A stretch of 32,000 nucleotides of DNA from Candidatus Saccharimonadota bacterium (GCA_002421785.1 DIRZ01000003.1:90001-122000); one strand, 5' to 3'; positions 1-9,132 are shown, counted from the first letter of the stretch. Made by a program: numbers and translations. Notes: a model not told the origin generated them from the letters alone.

Positions 1-1
1 C

Positions 2-517
2 GCTACTGCATTTTTGCAGACAGTAGGCGTTACCATTCATCAAGCTAGTGTGTCTGTCGATGAAATACAGGCAGGCACCGGCATAGAGGTAGCCATACGA
101 AAAGCACACGACGCTTATAATCAGCTTCAGGAGCCGTTGTTTATCAATGATGCTGAGTGGGCAATTCCTGCGCTTGGCGGCTTCCCGGGGCCATACATGA
201 AATATATAGTCGGCTGGTTGACGCAGCAGGATCTACTGAAACTCATGGAGGAGAAGTCGGACCGTAGCCTAATACTTCGCGATACCGTCGTATATTACGA
301 TGGCTCCGTAGAAAAGGTCTTTACCCACGAAGTTCATGGTAAAATTCTTACATCACCTCAGGGCGAGCCCCGTGGACCATTTGTCACGCAGATATTTAGT
401 CTACGCCAGGATGGTAAGAGTATTGCAGAGGACACAACTATAGGGTTTAGTGAGGATGAGGCAATACTCTGGGCGGAGTTCGCAACATGGCTAAAAACGC
501 ATATCCCCCAGGCCTGA
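2..517 (+). CDS. Non-canonical purine NTP pyrophosphatase (HAM1/ITPase family), 5' partial
   Basis: Translation contains VDEIQ...NDAEWAIPALGGFPGPYMKYI, which resembles the HAM1/ITPase core (ELQ ... ED.. L...AL.G.PGPY.K). The frame is open back to the window edge, and about 25 N-terminal residues typical of the family are missing. The gene therefore probably starts upstream of the window; the tracked TTG at 14 is probably internal. Confidence 0.75.
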   Translation, partial: ATAFLQTVGVTIHQASVSVDEIQAGTGIEVAIRKAHDAYNQLQEPLFINDAEWAIPALGGFPGPYMKYIVGWLTQQDLLKLMEEKSDRSLILRDTVVYYDGSVEKVFTHEVHGKILTSPQGEPRGPFVTQIFSLRQDGKSIAEDTTIGFSEDEAILWAEFATWLKTHIPQA

Positions 518-541
518 GACCCTAACTTCTAAGTATGTAGT

Positions 542-2029
542 GTGGCCGACAATTTTGTGTCGACTAGCTATTTCGGTTATGATATAATCATGCGCCTACC
601 TAACAACCCGACCATCTATGAAATACACACTGCCGCGTACCTAAACGAACTCGCCGTCCGCGACAAAACGAACATTTATCTGGACACAATCCCCGATGAT
701 GAGCTGAATCGACTCATGACTCTCGGCATTGATGCCGTTTGGTTGATGGGCGTTTGGCAACGGAGTGCTGCGGCTGTGGCTGTGGATATGGCAAATGAGG
801 GGCTGCAGGCAGAGTTTCGCGCAGTCCTGCCAGATTTTACTCCAGAAGATGTCATCGGTTCTGCCTATGCCGTGCAGGATTATACTGTTGATGCTCGGTT
901 TGGGGGCGACGATGCATTAGCGCGACTACGTGAGCGACTTTCTCATCGCGGAATTGGCCTGATTCTCGATTTTGTACCCAACCATACCGCCCCAGATCAT
1001 GTGTGGACACGTGAACATGTAGACTACTACATTCATAGCGACAGCAATGCCGCTCTGCGTGAGCCGGATGCCTATGCTGCTGTTGGTGATCACAGTATTG
1101 CCATGGGGCGCGATCCTAACTCAGCCCCCTGGCCAGACGTGTTACAGATGAATGCGTTTTCACCAGGCTACCGCAAAGCAACGGTAGATACTTTAGGGCG
1201 TATTGCATCGATGAGCGACGGCGTTCGCTGCGACATGGCCATGTTGATGCTAGATGATGTCGTACAGCGCACGTGGGGACAGCTCGCAGGTGAGCCGCTC
1301 GCAACCACCTATTGGCAGGACGCCACGCATGCTGTGCGCGAGCAGCACCCTGACTTTACCTTCATCGCCGAATGTTACTGGGACACTGAGCGTACGCTGA
1401 TTGAGCAGGGCTTCGACTACTGTTACGACAAGACACTCTACGACTACCTTGTTGCGAATGATCCGGCCGGTGCGTGCGACTACCTCGCGCGAACGGCTGA
1501 CATCCAGTCGCACATGCTTCATTTCGTCGAAAATCACGATGAGCCTCGAGCAGCAGCTAGGCTCCCCCTTGACCAATCGATGGCGGCTGGCGCAATAACA
1601 GCAACATTGCCTGGGGCAAGCTTGCTCCATCATGGGCAAGTAGAGGGTAAACAGATAAAAATACCCGTACAGCTGGGGCGTGGGGCCCATGAACTGCCCT
1701 GTTCGGCTACTCGGGATTTCTACGGTAAGTTATATGCTTGGCTCAAGGAGTCAAATATTCGAGATGGAACCTGGTCACCACGCGCAACCCAAGATTCGGC
1801 AATCATTACCTACGAGCTGCAGCACGAGCATACCGTCGCCATGCTGCTGGTTAATTATTCGGAGACGCGCACCACCATTGATCTTCCCATTCCCATAGCT
1901 AACTATAGTGATGTGCTAGCGGACAACGACGGCGCGCCCATCATAGTTCAAGCGGCCGCCGACAAGCAGCTTCAGCTCGGGCCATGGCAAACGCGGCTGC
2001 TCGTCTATGATCAGTCGGCTGTCTCGTAG
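542..2029 (+). CDS. GH13 alpha-amylase-family glycoside hydrolase (cytoplasmic, no signal peptide)
   Basis: All four GH13 catalytic regions are recognisable: LILDFVPNH (I), GVRCDMAM (II, nucleophile Asp), FIAECYW (III, acid/base Glu), FVENHDEPR (IV). The start is ambiguous: GTG at 542 or in-frame ATG at 590 (MRLPNNPTIYEIH). Confidence 0.85.
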   Translation: MADNFVSTSYFGYDIIMRLPNNPTIYEIHTAAYLNELAVRDKTNIYLDTIPDDELNRLMTLGIDAVWLMGVWQRSAAAVAVDMANEGLQAEFRAVLPDFTPEDVIGSAYAVQDYTVDARFGGDDALARLRERLSHRGIGLILDFVPNHTAPDHVWTREHVDYYIHSDSNAALREPDAYAAVGDHSIAMGRDPNSAPWPDVLQMNAFSPGYRKATVDTLGRIASMSDGVRCDMAMLMLDDVVQRTWGQLAGEPLATTYWQDATHAVREQHPDFTFIAECYWDTERTLIEQGFDYCYDKTLYDYLVANDPAGACDYLARTADIQSHMLHFVENHDEPRAAARLPLDQSMAAGAITATLPGASLLHHGQVEGKQIKIPVQLGRGAHELPCSATRDFYGKLYAWLKESNIRDGTWSPRATQDSAIITYELQHEHTVAMLLVNYSETRTTIDLPIPIANYSDVLADNDGAPIIVQAAADKQLQLGPWQTRLLVYDQSAVS

Positions 2030-2069
2030 CGACTTAGTGGGTTTCGACCATCTATAGACGTGTCGAATG

Positions 2070-2098
2070 TTGACTTGTTTAAACTAAAGTGATATAAT
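2070..2098 (+). promoter_or_regulatory. Near-consensus sigma70-type promoter: TTGACT, 17 nt spacer, TGaTATAAT (extended -10)
   Basis: TTGACT at 2070-2075, a 17 nt spacer, and TATAAT at 2093-2098 preceded by TG at 2090-2091. It lies in the intergenic gap upstream of the CYTH gene. The predicted TSS near 2105 leaves only about 9 nt before the ATG at 2114. Confidence 0.65.
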
Positions 2099-2113
2099 AT
2101 ATAGAATCATTCA

Positions 2114-2653
2114 ATGAGCAGTGCGCCTATGTACGCGGCATCAAGGGCCAGATCAATCAATAGTACTACACGGAACCCTATGGAAATAGAAAGAAAATAT
2201 CTCATTGCAACCTTACCCCCTCTCGCGGGAGTGCTTTCAAATAACATACTCCAAGGCTATCTGGCTATCGATGATACTCACGAAGTCCGCCTCAGGCAAA
2301 TAGGACCTGACTATATACTGACAGTGAAAGTAGGCACCGGTTTAGTCAGGCAGGAGCATGAAACGGTAATATCCAAACAGCAGTTTAGCTTGTTGTGGCC
2401 TGCAGTAAACGATAGGTCAGTGAGTAAGGTACGCTACTACTTACCGGATGATATATCTGTTGATATATACGAAGGCCCACTAGCTGGGCTTACCGTTGCC
2501 GAAATTGAGTTTGATACTGTGCGTGCAAGCGATAGTTACATACCTCCTCACTGGTTTGGCCCGGAAGTCACTTCTGACCTCAGGTTCAAGAACCGGTCAT
2601 TGGCCTCAGCAGGCACAATCCCTAGCATCGATCAAGATATATCAAAAGAATAG
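2114..2653 (+). CDS. CYTH-domain protein (triphosphate tunnel metalloenzyme / class IV adenylate cyclase-like)
   Basis: MEIERKYLI matches the N-terminal ExExK signature of CYTH domains, and a later LTVAEIEF strand is also present. The domain begins at Met23 (nt 2180), so the true start could be 2114 or 2180. Neither start has a Shine-Dalgarno. Confidence 0.8.
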   Translation: MSSAPMYAASRARSINSTTRNPMEIERKYLIATLPPLAGVLSNNILQGYLAIDDTHEVRLRQIGPDYILTVKVGTGLVRQEHETVISKQQFSLLWPAVNDRSVSKVRYYLPDDISVDIYEGPLAGLTVAEIEFDTVRASDSYIPPHWFGPEVTSDLRFKNRSLASAGTIPSIDQDISKE

Positions 2654-3861
2654 TGCACTTTGCTGAATTTTTCTATCATCATCACGACACTCGCCCGTAC
2701 ATCCTCGCCATGGATCGCACGAGATAGTATATCGGCTAGCTTATCCATGTCTTCCTGCTGCGCTCCCCGGCGCGTGATTTCTTGTACGCCTAGGCGAATA
2801 AAGGCCCCTTGGTCATACATTTCGTCGAAGGCAACGGCAATATGATTTGAAAAAAAGTACTTTGCTATGTCTTCGGTCGACCCATGAGCGGACGTCATGA
2901 GGTGGACTTGGTGGGTATACGTCCATTCTTTGTCATCGGAACGCCGACATACGAGGCCGCGCTTGGTTAGGCCATCAGCTAAGGTGCGGGCATTCTCTAT
3001 AATCTGGTGTGCGTACTGCTCACCAAAAGACAACATTTCTTGGACAGAAATACATAGACCGATTGTATGGTCGAGGTGTGTTGACGAGTAATAACCATGC
3101 GCTTGGTTGTCTACATGGCTAAATATACCCTGGCTTTTACAGAGTATAATACCCTTATGAGTCCCCGGGAGTGTTTTATGCGTGTTTGCACTAATGACAT
3201 CAGCACCACAATCAAGTGGATTGGGGAAAGTGCCGCCGAGTATTAAACCAAAAACATGACTAGCGTCAAAAACGATTCGATTGTTTGGCCCGACCGCTTG
3301 GCGAAGACGCGCGATGTCAAACGGGATGAGGCTGTATGACATATCGATATATAGACAGATCGGGCGGTCAATACGGGAAATTTGGGTCGCAAATGCGTCA
3401 TAGTCGATGTCGAGTGTTCTAGTGTCCATCGGTAAAAGCCTAGATTCTCTCCCGGCATTCTTAATTATTCCAATCGTAGCGAAGTGACCGCCGTAACTGG
3501 GGTCGAGGCTGTATACAACGTCACCTATCTGCGTTAACGAAAACACCGATATCATCATGGCATGGAGCCCAGAAAGTGGCGCGAAGATTGCGCCGTACGC
3601 GTGTAGCCGTTCGCTTAGCTGGCGCTGGGTGGTGTCAACGACGTGATTGATTCCATTTTTTGCAAGCGATGTGAACCCATGAAACAAGGTGAAATCATTG
3701 TTCTCATGTGCCGGGCCAAAGTTATAGCGAGATGCGATATCGCTCATATTAAAGCGTTTAGCAGACTCAGAAACAACATTTTCGTTTGGGGTTAAGTGAA
3801 GATACTTATCGTTAGCTTCAATATCTGCAGTAATTTCGTGAACAATAGTGTCATAGTTCAT
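2632..3861 (-). CDS. Serine hydroxymethyltransferase-fold PLP-dependent enzyme (divergent SHMT-like)
   Basis: HLTPNENVVSESAKRF resembles the SHMT N-terminal L.LI.SEN..S motif. FAPLSGLHAMM resembles VQPHSGSQAN. ISANTHKTLPGTHKG resembles TTTTHKTLRGPRGG and retains the PLP lysine. The protein is too divergent to call a housekeeping glyA. Confidence 0.7.
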   Translation of the reverse strand: MNYDTIVHEITADIEANDKYLHLTPNENVVSESAKRFNMSDIASRYNFGPAHENNDFTLFHGFTSLAKNGINHVVDTTQRQLSERLHAYGAIFAPLSGLHAMMISVFSLTQIGDVVYSLDPSYGGHFATIGIIKNAGRESRLLPMDTRTLDIDYDAFATQISRIDRPICLYIDMSYSLIPFDIARLRQAVGPNNRIVFDASHVFGLILGGTFPNPLDCGADVISANTHKTLPGTHKGIILCKSQGIFSHVDNQAHGYYSSTHLDHTIGLCISVQEMLSFGEQYAHQIIENARTLADGLTKRGLVCRRSDDKEWTYTHQVHLMTSAHGSTEDIAKYFFSNHIAVAFDEMYDQGAFIRLGVQEITRRGAQQEDMDKLADILSRAIHGEDVRASVVMMIEKFSKVHYSFDIS

Positions 3862-3875
3862 ATACAGGCCTATCG

Positions 3876-4451
3876 CTATTGAGCGTATGCGATTTTAATA
3901 TAGTGCTCAATAAGGGCGTTGTCGCGGCGCTGCATGAATGACTTATCATAGGTATCTGCTTTGTAAGAGTTTATCAGCTTTAGCGCATGAGCCGGCGTAT
4001 CTGCCCATACCAGGTGGGAACCATCTTCCAGCGGCTTACCGAGGTGCGTATCATCAATGTCGCCAGTATAGCAGTACGATATTTGGATCAGCTTCCAGTC
4101 AGAGCGGTATTCAAGTGTGAGGCCAAGGGGCTTCAGCTTAATACTCGTTGCGTCTACGCCGACTTCTTCTGCAATCTCACGGACAACACCAGTCATGAAG
4201 CTCTCGCCATCTGACTCTGTTAGTGTGTACTGCAGCCCACCGCCAGGTATTTTATTGACACCTTCTGAATCTAAACTCTGGAGCGCAATCCGACCAGATG
4301 ATGGATCGACAAGGATACAGCGCGCAGCCAAGCGTATTGTCCAGTCAGACAAATTCATTTTATATGGAGCGTCATTACTGACCACAAGCGACTCACTTGT
4401 TAGGTCGTGTATTGTTGCAATGTGGGGTAGTATTTGTTCAATTTCTGTCAT
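3876..4451 (-). CDS. Nudix hydrolase
   Basis: The Nudix box is recognisable with an insertion: GGGLQYTLTESDGESFMTGVVREIAEEVGV (G..E..REhxEExGh). I place the start at ATG 4451: AGGAG lies 8 nt upstream and the upstream gene's stop is 1 nt away. The tracked start at 4556 would overlap that gene by about 100 nt. Confidence 0.75.
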   Translation of the reverse strand: MTEIEQILPHIATIHDLTSESLVVSNDAPYKMNLSDWTIRLAARCILVDPSSGRIALQSLDSEGVNKIPGGGLQYTLTESDGESFMTGVVREIAEEVGVDATSIKLKPLGLTLEYRSDWKLIQISYCYTGDIDDTHLGKPLEDGSHLVWADTPAHALKLINSYKADTYDKSFMQRRDNALIEHYIKIAYAQ

Positions 4452-4452
4452 G

Positions 4453-5565
4453 TTAGTTACTCCTAATTCTATTATAGTTTTCGGGAAGTGTCCATAAATC
4501 GCCACCATACGTGTTCCACGGACTACTGGATAGTCGCCTACCCTGTGCGCCGGCAAGTTGCTCTACGATCCCGCGCAGTGTCGCGTTTGATTTTTCACGA
4601 CCACCAAACGAAAGGAATGATTCTCGCGGGGAATACCGCTGCCTATGGTCCATAATGTCGTGATACGCTTCGGCAATGCCCTCTGGTGTGCGCTCGCAAA
4701 ACTTAGACGTAAGCCCGTCCTGCATGAATCGTTCCATACCTCCATGAGTAGGTAAAGCAACAATCATAGGCTTGTCGCATGCAAGCATTTCTGTCGCAAA
4801 CCGATTAACCGCTTCTGTTTCCTCGGATAAATAGATACCGGTGTTGCTTTTGTGCATAAACCGATCGCGAATTTGAACTTTGGTTAACGGCCCCAGAACA
4901 GTACTACCATCAGGGTTTACATGATCCCCAGTGGTGCTAAAGTCATCGGCATCGTATATAGTGACGTTGCCAAGCAAAGCAGCTGCACCCATTACCATTT
5001 TCCGGTATTGCACACTATCCGCATGTTTACGTTCAGAGGCCATCAGCCATCCGTAAATCATGATACTGATTTCTGGGTGCGCCTCAGCGACTTCAAGTAG
5101 CAGCTCCGTCTTTTTGGTCGGGAACCACTTAGCTATGTAAAGAATGTCCGACTCAGGTTGCTGAGGCTCAGAGCTGGGCGAAAATATATCTGGATCGACG
5201 AATAGTCCATCAGCCAACGCAAGCGAGTGGGGGACATTACGAGCGGCACCGTTTAAGTACTCATGTTCACCGGATTTATTAGAAAATATATTGCAATCGG
5301 TACGCGTAACATCGACTGGCACCGTGTCGCTTTGCGTTGTTGATACCACTAACCAGCGCTCCCGGAACGAAGGGTCGACATGCTCCATGTAGTCGACAAA
5401 ATCATTTGCCACGTAGTCGCCTACCAGTACAGCGCCCATACCGCCATCCGTATCTGGCTCGAGCAGAGTAAACACGGGTAGTGCACCTCCCTTTTCGAAG
5501 TTGGTTGCAAAGCGCGAAAAGGGCATACGCTCCTCGCTACTTACTGTTGCTTCATGCGTTTTCAT
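4453..5565 (-). CDS. GT-B fold glycosyltransferase-like protein (GT4/GT1-like C-terminal domain)
   Basis: ILYIAKWFPTKKTELLLEVAEAHPEISIMIYGW and EAVNRFATEMLACDKPMIVALPTHGGMERFMQDGLTSKF resemble the GT4 patterns (i.fvGR..p.KG...ll.a; E.fg...lEAmA.G.PVia...gG..E.v.dg.tG). GAGGA lies 7-8 nt upstream of the ATG. The N-terminal half is not recognisable. Confidence 0.5.
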   Translation of the reverse strand: MKTHEATVSSEERMPFSRFATNFEKGGALPVFTLLEPDTDGGMGAVLVGDYVANDFVDYMEHVDPSFRERWLVVSTTQSDTVPVDVTRTDCNIFSNKSGEHEYLNGAARNVPHSLALADGLFVDPDIFSPSSEPQQPESDILYIAKWFPTKKTELLLEVAEAHPEISIMIYGWLMASERKHADSVQYRKMVMGAAALLGNVTIYDADDFSTTGDHVNPDGSTVLGPLTKVQIRDRFMHKSNTGIYLSEETEAVNRFATEMLACDKPMIVALPTHGGMERFMQDGLTSKFCERTPEGIAEAYHDIMDHRQRYSPRESFLSFGGREKSNATLRGIVEQLAGAQGRRLSSSPWNTYGGDLWTLPENYNRIRSN

Positions 5566-6283
5566 GGTTTCGTCCTCTGTTTTCTATCAACACCTTCACG
5601 GCCTGTTCGATCTTGCGTCGTTTTGTTGCTGGTAATAGTAGATTTATTTCGTCGTTATTCTGAGATTCTGTGGCATCCGCCCCAAGCAATGCCTTGAGCT
5701 CTGTAGCGTTTAACCAGTCTGGCATTACCGTATCCTGCAGTTCGCCATCAATAACCATCAACGAATCCTTAGGGAGTAATTTTTTGTACTGTGCTTCGTA
5801 ATGCATCGTGGCGTCCCAATTCATCAATTCTTGATTTCGTGTTCCGCGCGCAAGCCTTTGCATAAGAACGCGGGGCGATGATAGGCTAAATCGCACGAAC
5901 CCATAGTGCGCATCGGGCAACTGCAAAAAATCATTAAATATTTGGCGACTAATTCGCAGACCTTTTTCATATTCGCTGGTTTCAATCATGCCATTGGCAT
6001 ACCTGAGCGAGTAAAAAATAAGCGATGATAACGGCGTGAACCGATCGGCGTAGACACGACCGTTTGGCGGGGCTATCGACTGCAAGCGCGCATTTTCCAT
6101 AACTGTAAAAAAGTAACTACAATACGCCATACTTACCGCATCGACTGGAGCGTCCGGAAAATTCATATCTCCACCTAAAAACTCACTCGATTCGGCAATG
6201 CATAAGGAATGCTCGCGCTGCTGATTCAAGTAGGTTGTTTTACCGGAGAATGCAGGTCCTTCGAGAAAAAGTATCTGTTTCAT
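5552..6283 (-). CDS. P-loop kinase-like protein (deoxynucleoside/nucleotide kinase fold)
   Basis: Walker A LEGPAFSGKTT is at the N-terminus, followed by YADRFTPLSSLIF, which is like the (D/E)R(S/F)...F motif of dNK/TMK-fold kinases. Its ATG overlaps the upstream stop (ATGA). Confidence 0.55.
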   Translation of the reverse strand: MKQILFLEGPAFSGKTTYLNQQREHSLCIAESSEFLGGDMNFPDAPVDAVSMAYCSYFFTVMENARLQSIAPPNGRVYADRFTPLSSLIFYSLRYANGMIETSEYEKGLRISRQIFNDFLQLPDAHYGFVRFSLSSPRVLMQRLARGTRNQELMNWDATMHYEAQYKKLLPKDSLMVIDGELQDTVMPDWLNATELKALLGADATESQNNDEINLLLPATKRRKIEQAVKVLIENRGRNHENA

Positions 6284-7611
6284 CTCTTAATCCTATAAAG
6301 CGTAATGCCGGCCAAGATACCACTTGCACTGATCTTTTTGGGTGGCTGCGTGTACGCGTACTCATGCAGCGTGTTGATATGTGACGCCACATCGCCAGTA
6401 TCGATCGACGTTAGGGCATCTTGCCCTCCCGTTGAAGATGCTTTTCCGTCATCCAAAAGCACGATATCGAGAAGCGCATGCCGGGCTGCAGCTTCCACGA
6501 TGGATGCATAGCCATTAAACTGGTACGCAAAATCGCCAATGATTGCCATAGCGCGAGAACCGGCATAGAGCGATGCGCCCGCGGCAATTGATAGACTACT
6601 GCCCATACAAAGGCAACTATCAATGAGCCCAAATGAATCACTCGTATACTTCCCTTCATCGCCGATCACAATTGCGTAGTCTTTTTTATTAATCGCTCGT
6701 AATACATCATCCCAGTCATGCATTACCGGAGCTATGCCCTCATGTATGAATGAGGAGTCGATTGCTGGCTCGAGGTTAGACCGAAGGGTTCTTTCGGCAT
6801 AGTTCGATCCACGTTCGCGTATCGTCAAGTGGGGCTTCTCAGAAAAAAGCGTGCAAACGGCCGCAGGGATTGGATAGTGCTGAATGGTTAAAGCATGCTG
6901 AGTTGGTTGTGCTGCACCAAATACAATGCCGTCAACGTCCTGAACTGAAGACGCTGTATACTGTTGTGCCACATACGCACGAATTACTATTTGCTTTTTT
7001 TCAAATCGTTCAACACGGTCCGACCATGCACCGATTGATTTTTGACGTAGCTCAAGGCGAGGCATCACCGCAGGCGGCGTAGCATATACTGTTCCTAGGT
7101 CGTCAGTATCAACGGGAGAGCTACTTTGTAGTAGATCGTAGGTTATGCGAAGAATAATCGGAACGTCAAGTTGCTCAGAGAGTTCAAACACATGAGCAGT
7201 CATGTTGACGGCGGACTGTATTGTTGCAGGTTCAAGAACTAGTGTGTGGATATAATCATTAAGTACTCGTGAATCAATGATTTCCGGCGATGAGTGTGCG
7301 ACAGTATCTTCAAGTACGACGATGACCATTCCGCCCCCAACCCCATTGATTACCGCATGGTGAATAGAGTCGAGTGTTGCTGCCAGTCCAACACCTTTAA
7401 AAATTGTCACGCTCCGACCACCTACTAAGGATGCGCCGTATGCAAACTCAAATGCATTACGCTCATTGAATGATGGCTTGACGTTCTTTACTATCGTGTG
7501 AGCAAGTAGGTCGCCTCTCATTCCAGGGTAATAGTACACAACCTCTGCGCCTGCGGATGCGAGGCTAGTGCCGATATGCCGAAGATTCATGGCGACCGTG
7601 TCAAGTTTCAT
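6280..7611 (-). CDS. ThDP-dependent enzyme related to indolepyruvate:ferredoxin oxidoreductase alpha subunit (IorA-like), lacking the ferredoxin domain
   Basis: The N-terminal half aligns by eye with the IorA/PFOR pyrimidine-binding domain (YYPGM...NERNAFEFAYGASLVGGRSV..FKGVGLAATLDS...GGGMVIVVLEDTVAHSSPEIIDSR). The C-terminal half has a ThDP-binding motif (IIGDFAYQFNG...LLDDGKASSTGGQ). There is no CxxCxxCxxxCP cluster. Confidence 0.7.
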   Translation of the reverse strand: MKLDTVAMNLRHIGTSLASAGAEVVYYYPGMRGDLLAHTIVKNVKPSFNERNAFEFAYGASLVGGRSVTIFKGVGLAATLDSIHHAVINGVGGGMVIVVLEDTVAHSSPEIIDSRVLNDYIHTLVLEPATIQSAVNMTAHVFELSEQLDVPIILRITYDLLQSSSPVDTDDLGTVYATPPAVMPRLELRQKSIGAWSDRVERFEKKQIVIRAYVAQQYTASSVQDVDGIVFGAAQPTQHALTIQHYPIPAAVCTLFSEKPHLTIRERGSNYAERTLRSNLEPAIDSSFIHEGIAPVMHDWDDVLRAINKKDYAIVIGDEGKYTSDSFGLIDSCLCMGSSLSIAAGASLYAGSRAMAIIGDFAYQFNGYASIVEAAARHALLDIVLLDDGKASSTGGQDALTSIDTGDVASHINTLHEYAYTQPPKKISASGILAGITLYRIKR

Positions 7612-7612
7612 T

Positions 7613-9112
7613 TTAGATGCTCCGTTCTATAGTAGGAGTTAAGTGCAATCTCTCAGATACTAACGACTCGTAGAGCGCAGCCATCATTTTGACAGGGACA
7701 TCGTAGGTAGTGATGCTGTTGCGAACGATGACGGTATCGCGGGTGTGCTTGCCTCCGCGTATATCATGGCACCCTTCCAGGAACTCGTTTATCATCACAT
7801 GCTTCGCTAGCTCATTTGATAGTTTCGAGGATTGGCTTGCGTACATGTCGTCGATGTCAACCGAACTGTACACCTGGAGGGCTGGCTCATTTTCACCAAA
7901 CATTTCACTGTTTCGAAAGACATAGATATCAAAATGATTCTTGCCACCAACAGAGTAGCTCTCGTCCCCGGTATCAGTATCGTGCTCGTCAACTGCCTGG
8001 TAATTATGGATCTGTATACACTGGAATGGGCCTTGTTCGATGACGTAGGACTGGTGTTTGACGCGACCGTTTCCTTTATATAGATCTGTCGCTGGTACTC
8101 GCCAGCTCCGCTTGCTAAAGCTACTGTGCAACAGGTTGACGCCAATCAATGCCGTAGCAAATCCCTCTCGCTTCATAGTTATATTTGCCATGATATCTAT
8201 TTCGCCAAAATTTTTCATTGACTTTTGATAGTGCTCTAGGTTGTGCAGCGTGGTGTATTTTCCGAAATAGTCACGGTAATCATCGGGCGTTATGGAAGAA
8301 ACATAGCCATTCGGATAGATTGCGCTGGCATAGGCTACTAATGTATCGGGCATCTTCACTTTAGGGGTGCCGTGCTCGAGGAACTGCCACGCGATGTCGA
8401 GCACGTGGAAACCGCTATGGGAAAGTTTGCCGTAGCCAGTATTGTAGGGGTGCATTGTCTGATGCATTATTTCATCTGGAAAGATCCATACACCGTCACT
8501 ATGAAATGCTTGTATCGATGTGACCGGCATATTAAACGTGTTGGCCACCTCGCTCAACTTTTCAAATACAAAGTTGTACCCTGACTCGTATCGTCGTTGG
8601 GTGCTGAGGCAAAAAAGCGATCGACTTTCGTGATATACGTCCATGAGATCTCTGTAGTCTTGCTCTATAAGCTGAAAGGCTCTGGAATTGCTGACGGCAC
8701 CATCTCGAGTTGACACCGGTTTGTCCATGAGAATATGAAGATCATGAGCTAATGCCCACTTTGCATAATCGACATGGTGGGTGGGGTCTGTGGAGATAAT
8801 GACTGCAGTAAAGTCATATGCCTTAAGTAGCTTGCGAGAAAGCGCAATATCGTTAAATGGCTGCTTGCACTCTGTTGGGTTAAGATAATAAGTGTCGACC
8901 CGCTCTGTATAGTCGCGTTCAAGCAAATATTGTGCAATGCTTTGCGCGCTTTGAAAAACGTCCAGGATAACAACCTTGCAGTGCGCAATTTGCGAATTAT
9001 TTATTAGCTCAGGTATATAGATGCGTCGTGCATGGTGACCGGCACCGATGACAAGGACAGCCGGCTGCCTAGTCTTGTCTTGCTTTTTCGATAGATGATT
9101 CGCTATACTCAT
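7613..9112 (-). CDS. Gfo/Idh/MocA-family NAD(P)-dependent oxidoreductase
   Basis: N-terminal Rossmann motif VLVIGAGHHARRIYIPEL, plus the family signature IISTDPTHHVDYAKWALAHDLHILMDKPV (I.TP...H......AL.AGKHVL.EKP). It has a long, non-canonical C-terminal domain. Confidence 0.75.
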   Translation of the reverse strand: MSIANHLSKKQDKTRQPAVLVIGAGHHARRIYIPELINNSQIAHCKVVILDVFQSAQSIAQYLLERDYTERVDTYYLNPTECKQPFNDIALSRKLLKAYDFTAVIISTDPTHHVDYAKWALAHDLHILMDKPVSTRDGAVSNSRAFQLIEQDYRDLMDVYHESRSLFCLSTQRRYESGYNFVFEKLSEVANTFNMPVTSIQAFHSDGVWIFPDEIMHQTMHPYNTGYGKLSHSGFHVLDIAWQFLEHGTPKVKMPDTLVAYASAIYPNGYVSSITPDDYRDYFGKYTTLHNLEHYQKSMKNFGEIDIMANITMKREGFATALIGVNLLHSSFSKRSWRVPATDLYKGNGRVKHQSYVIEQGPFQCIQIHNYQAVDEHDTDTGDESYSVGGKNHFDIYVFRNSEMFGENEPALQVYSSVDIDDMYASQSSKLSNELAKHVMINEFLEGCHDIRGGKHTRDTVIVRNSITTYDVPVKMMAALYESLVSERLHLTPTIERSI

Positions 9113-9132
9113 AAAGATAAAGATACACTCTA

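Noticed and set aside
583-592. Perfect TATAAT at 583-588, 1 nt before the in-frame ATG at 590 of the GH13 gene, considered as a leaderless promoter.
   Set aside because: A 1 nt distance between the -10 and the ATG is incompatible with starting transcription at or before that ATG. It is probably a chance hexamer inside the coding region, or the GTG 542 start is correct.
4452-4556. Tracked longer N-termini: Nudix ORF from 4556, pilin ORF from TTG 30904, gene D from TTG 13569.
   Set aside because: Each extension overlaps the upstream gene or a promoter element and adds residues outside the recognisable domain. Downstream ATGs have better context: AGGAG at 8 nt for Nudix, TAAtATG coupling for D, and an extended -10 at 6 nt for the pilin gene.
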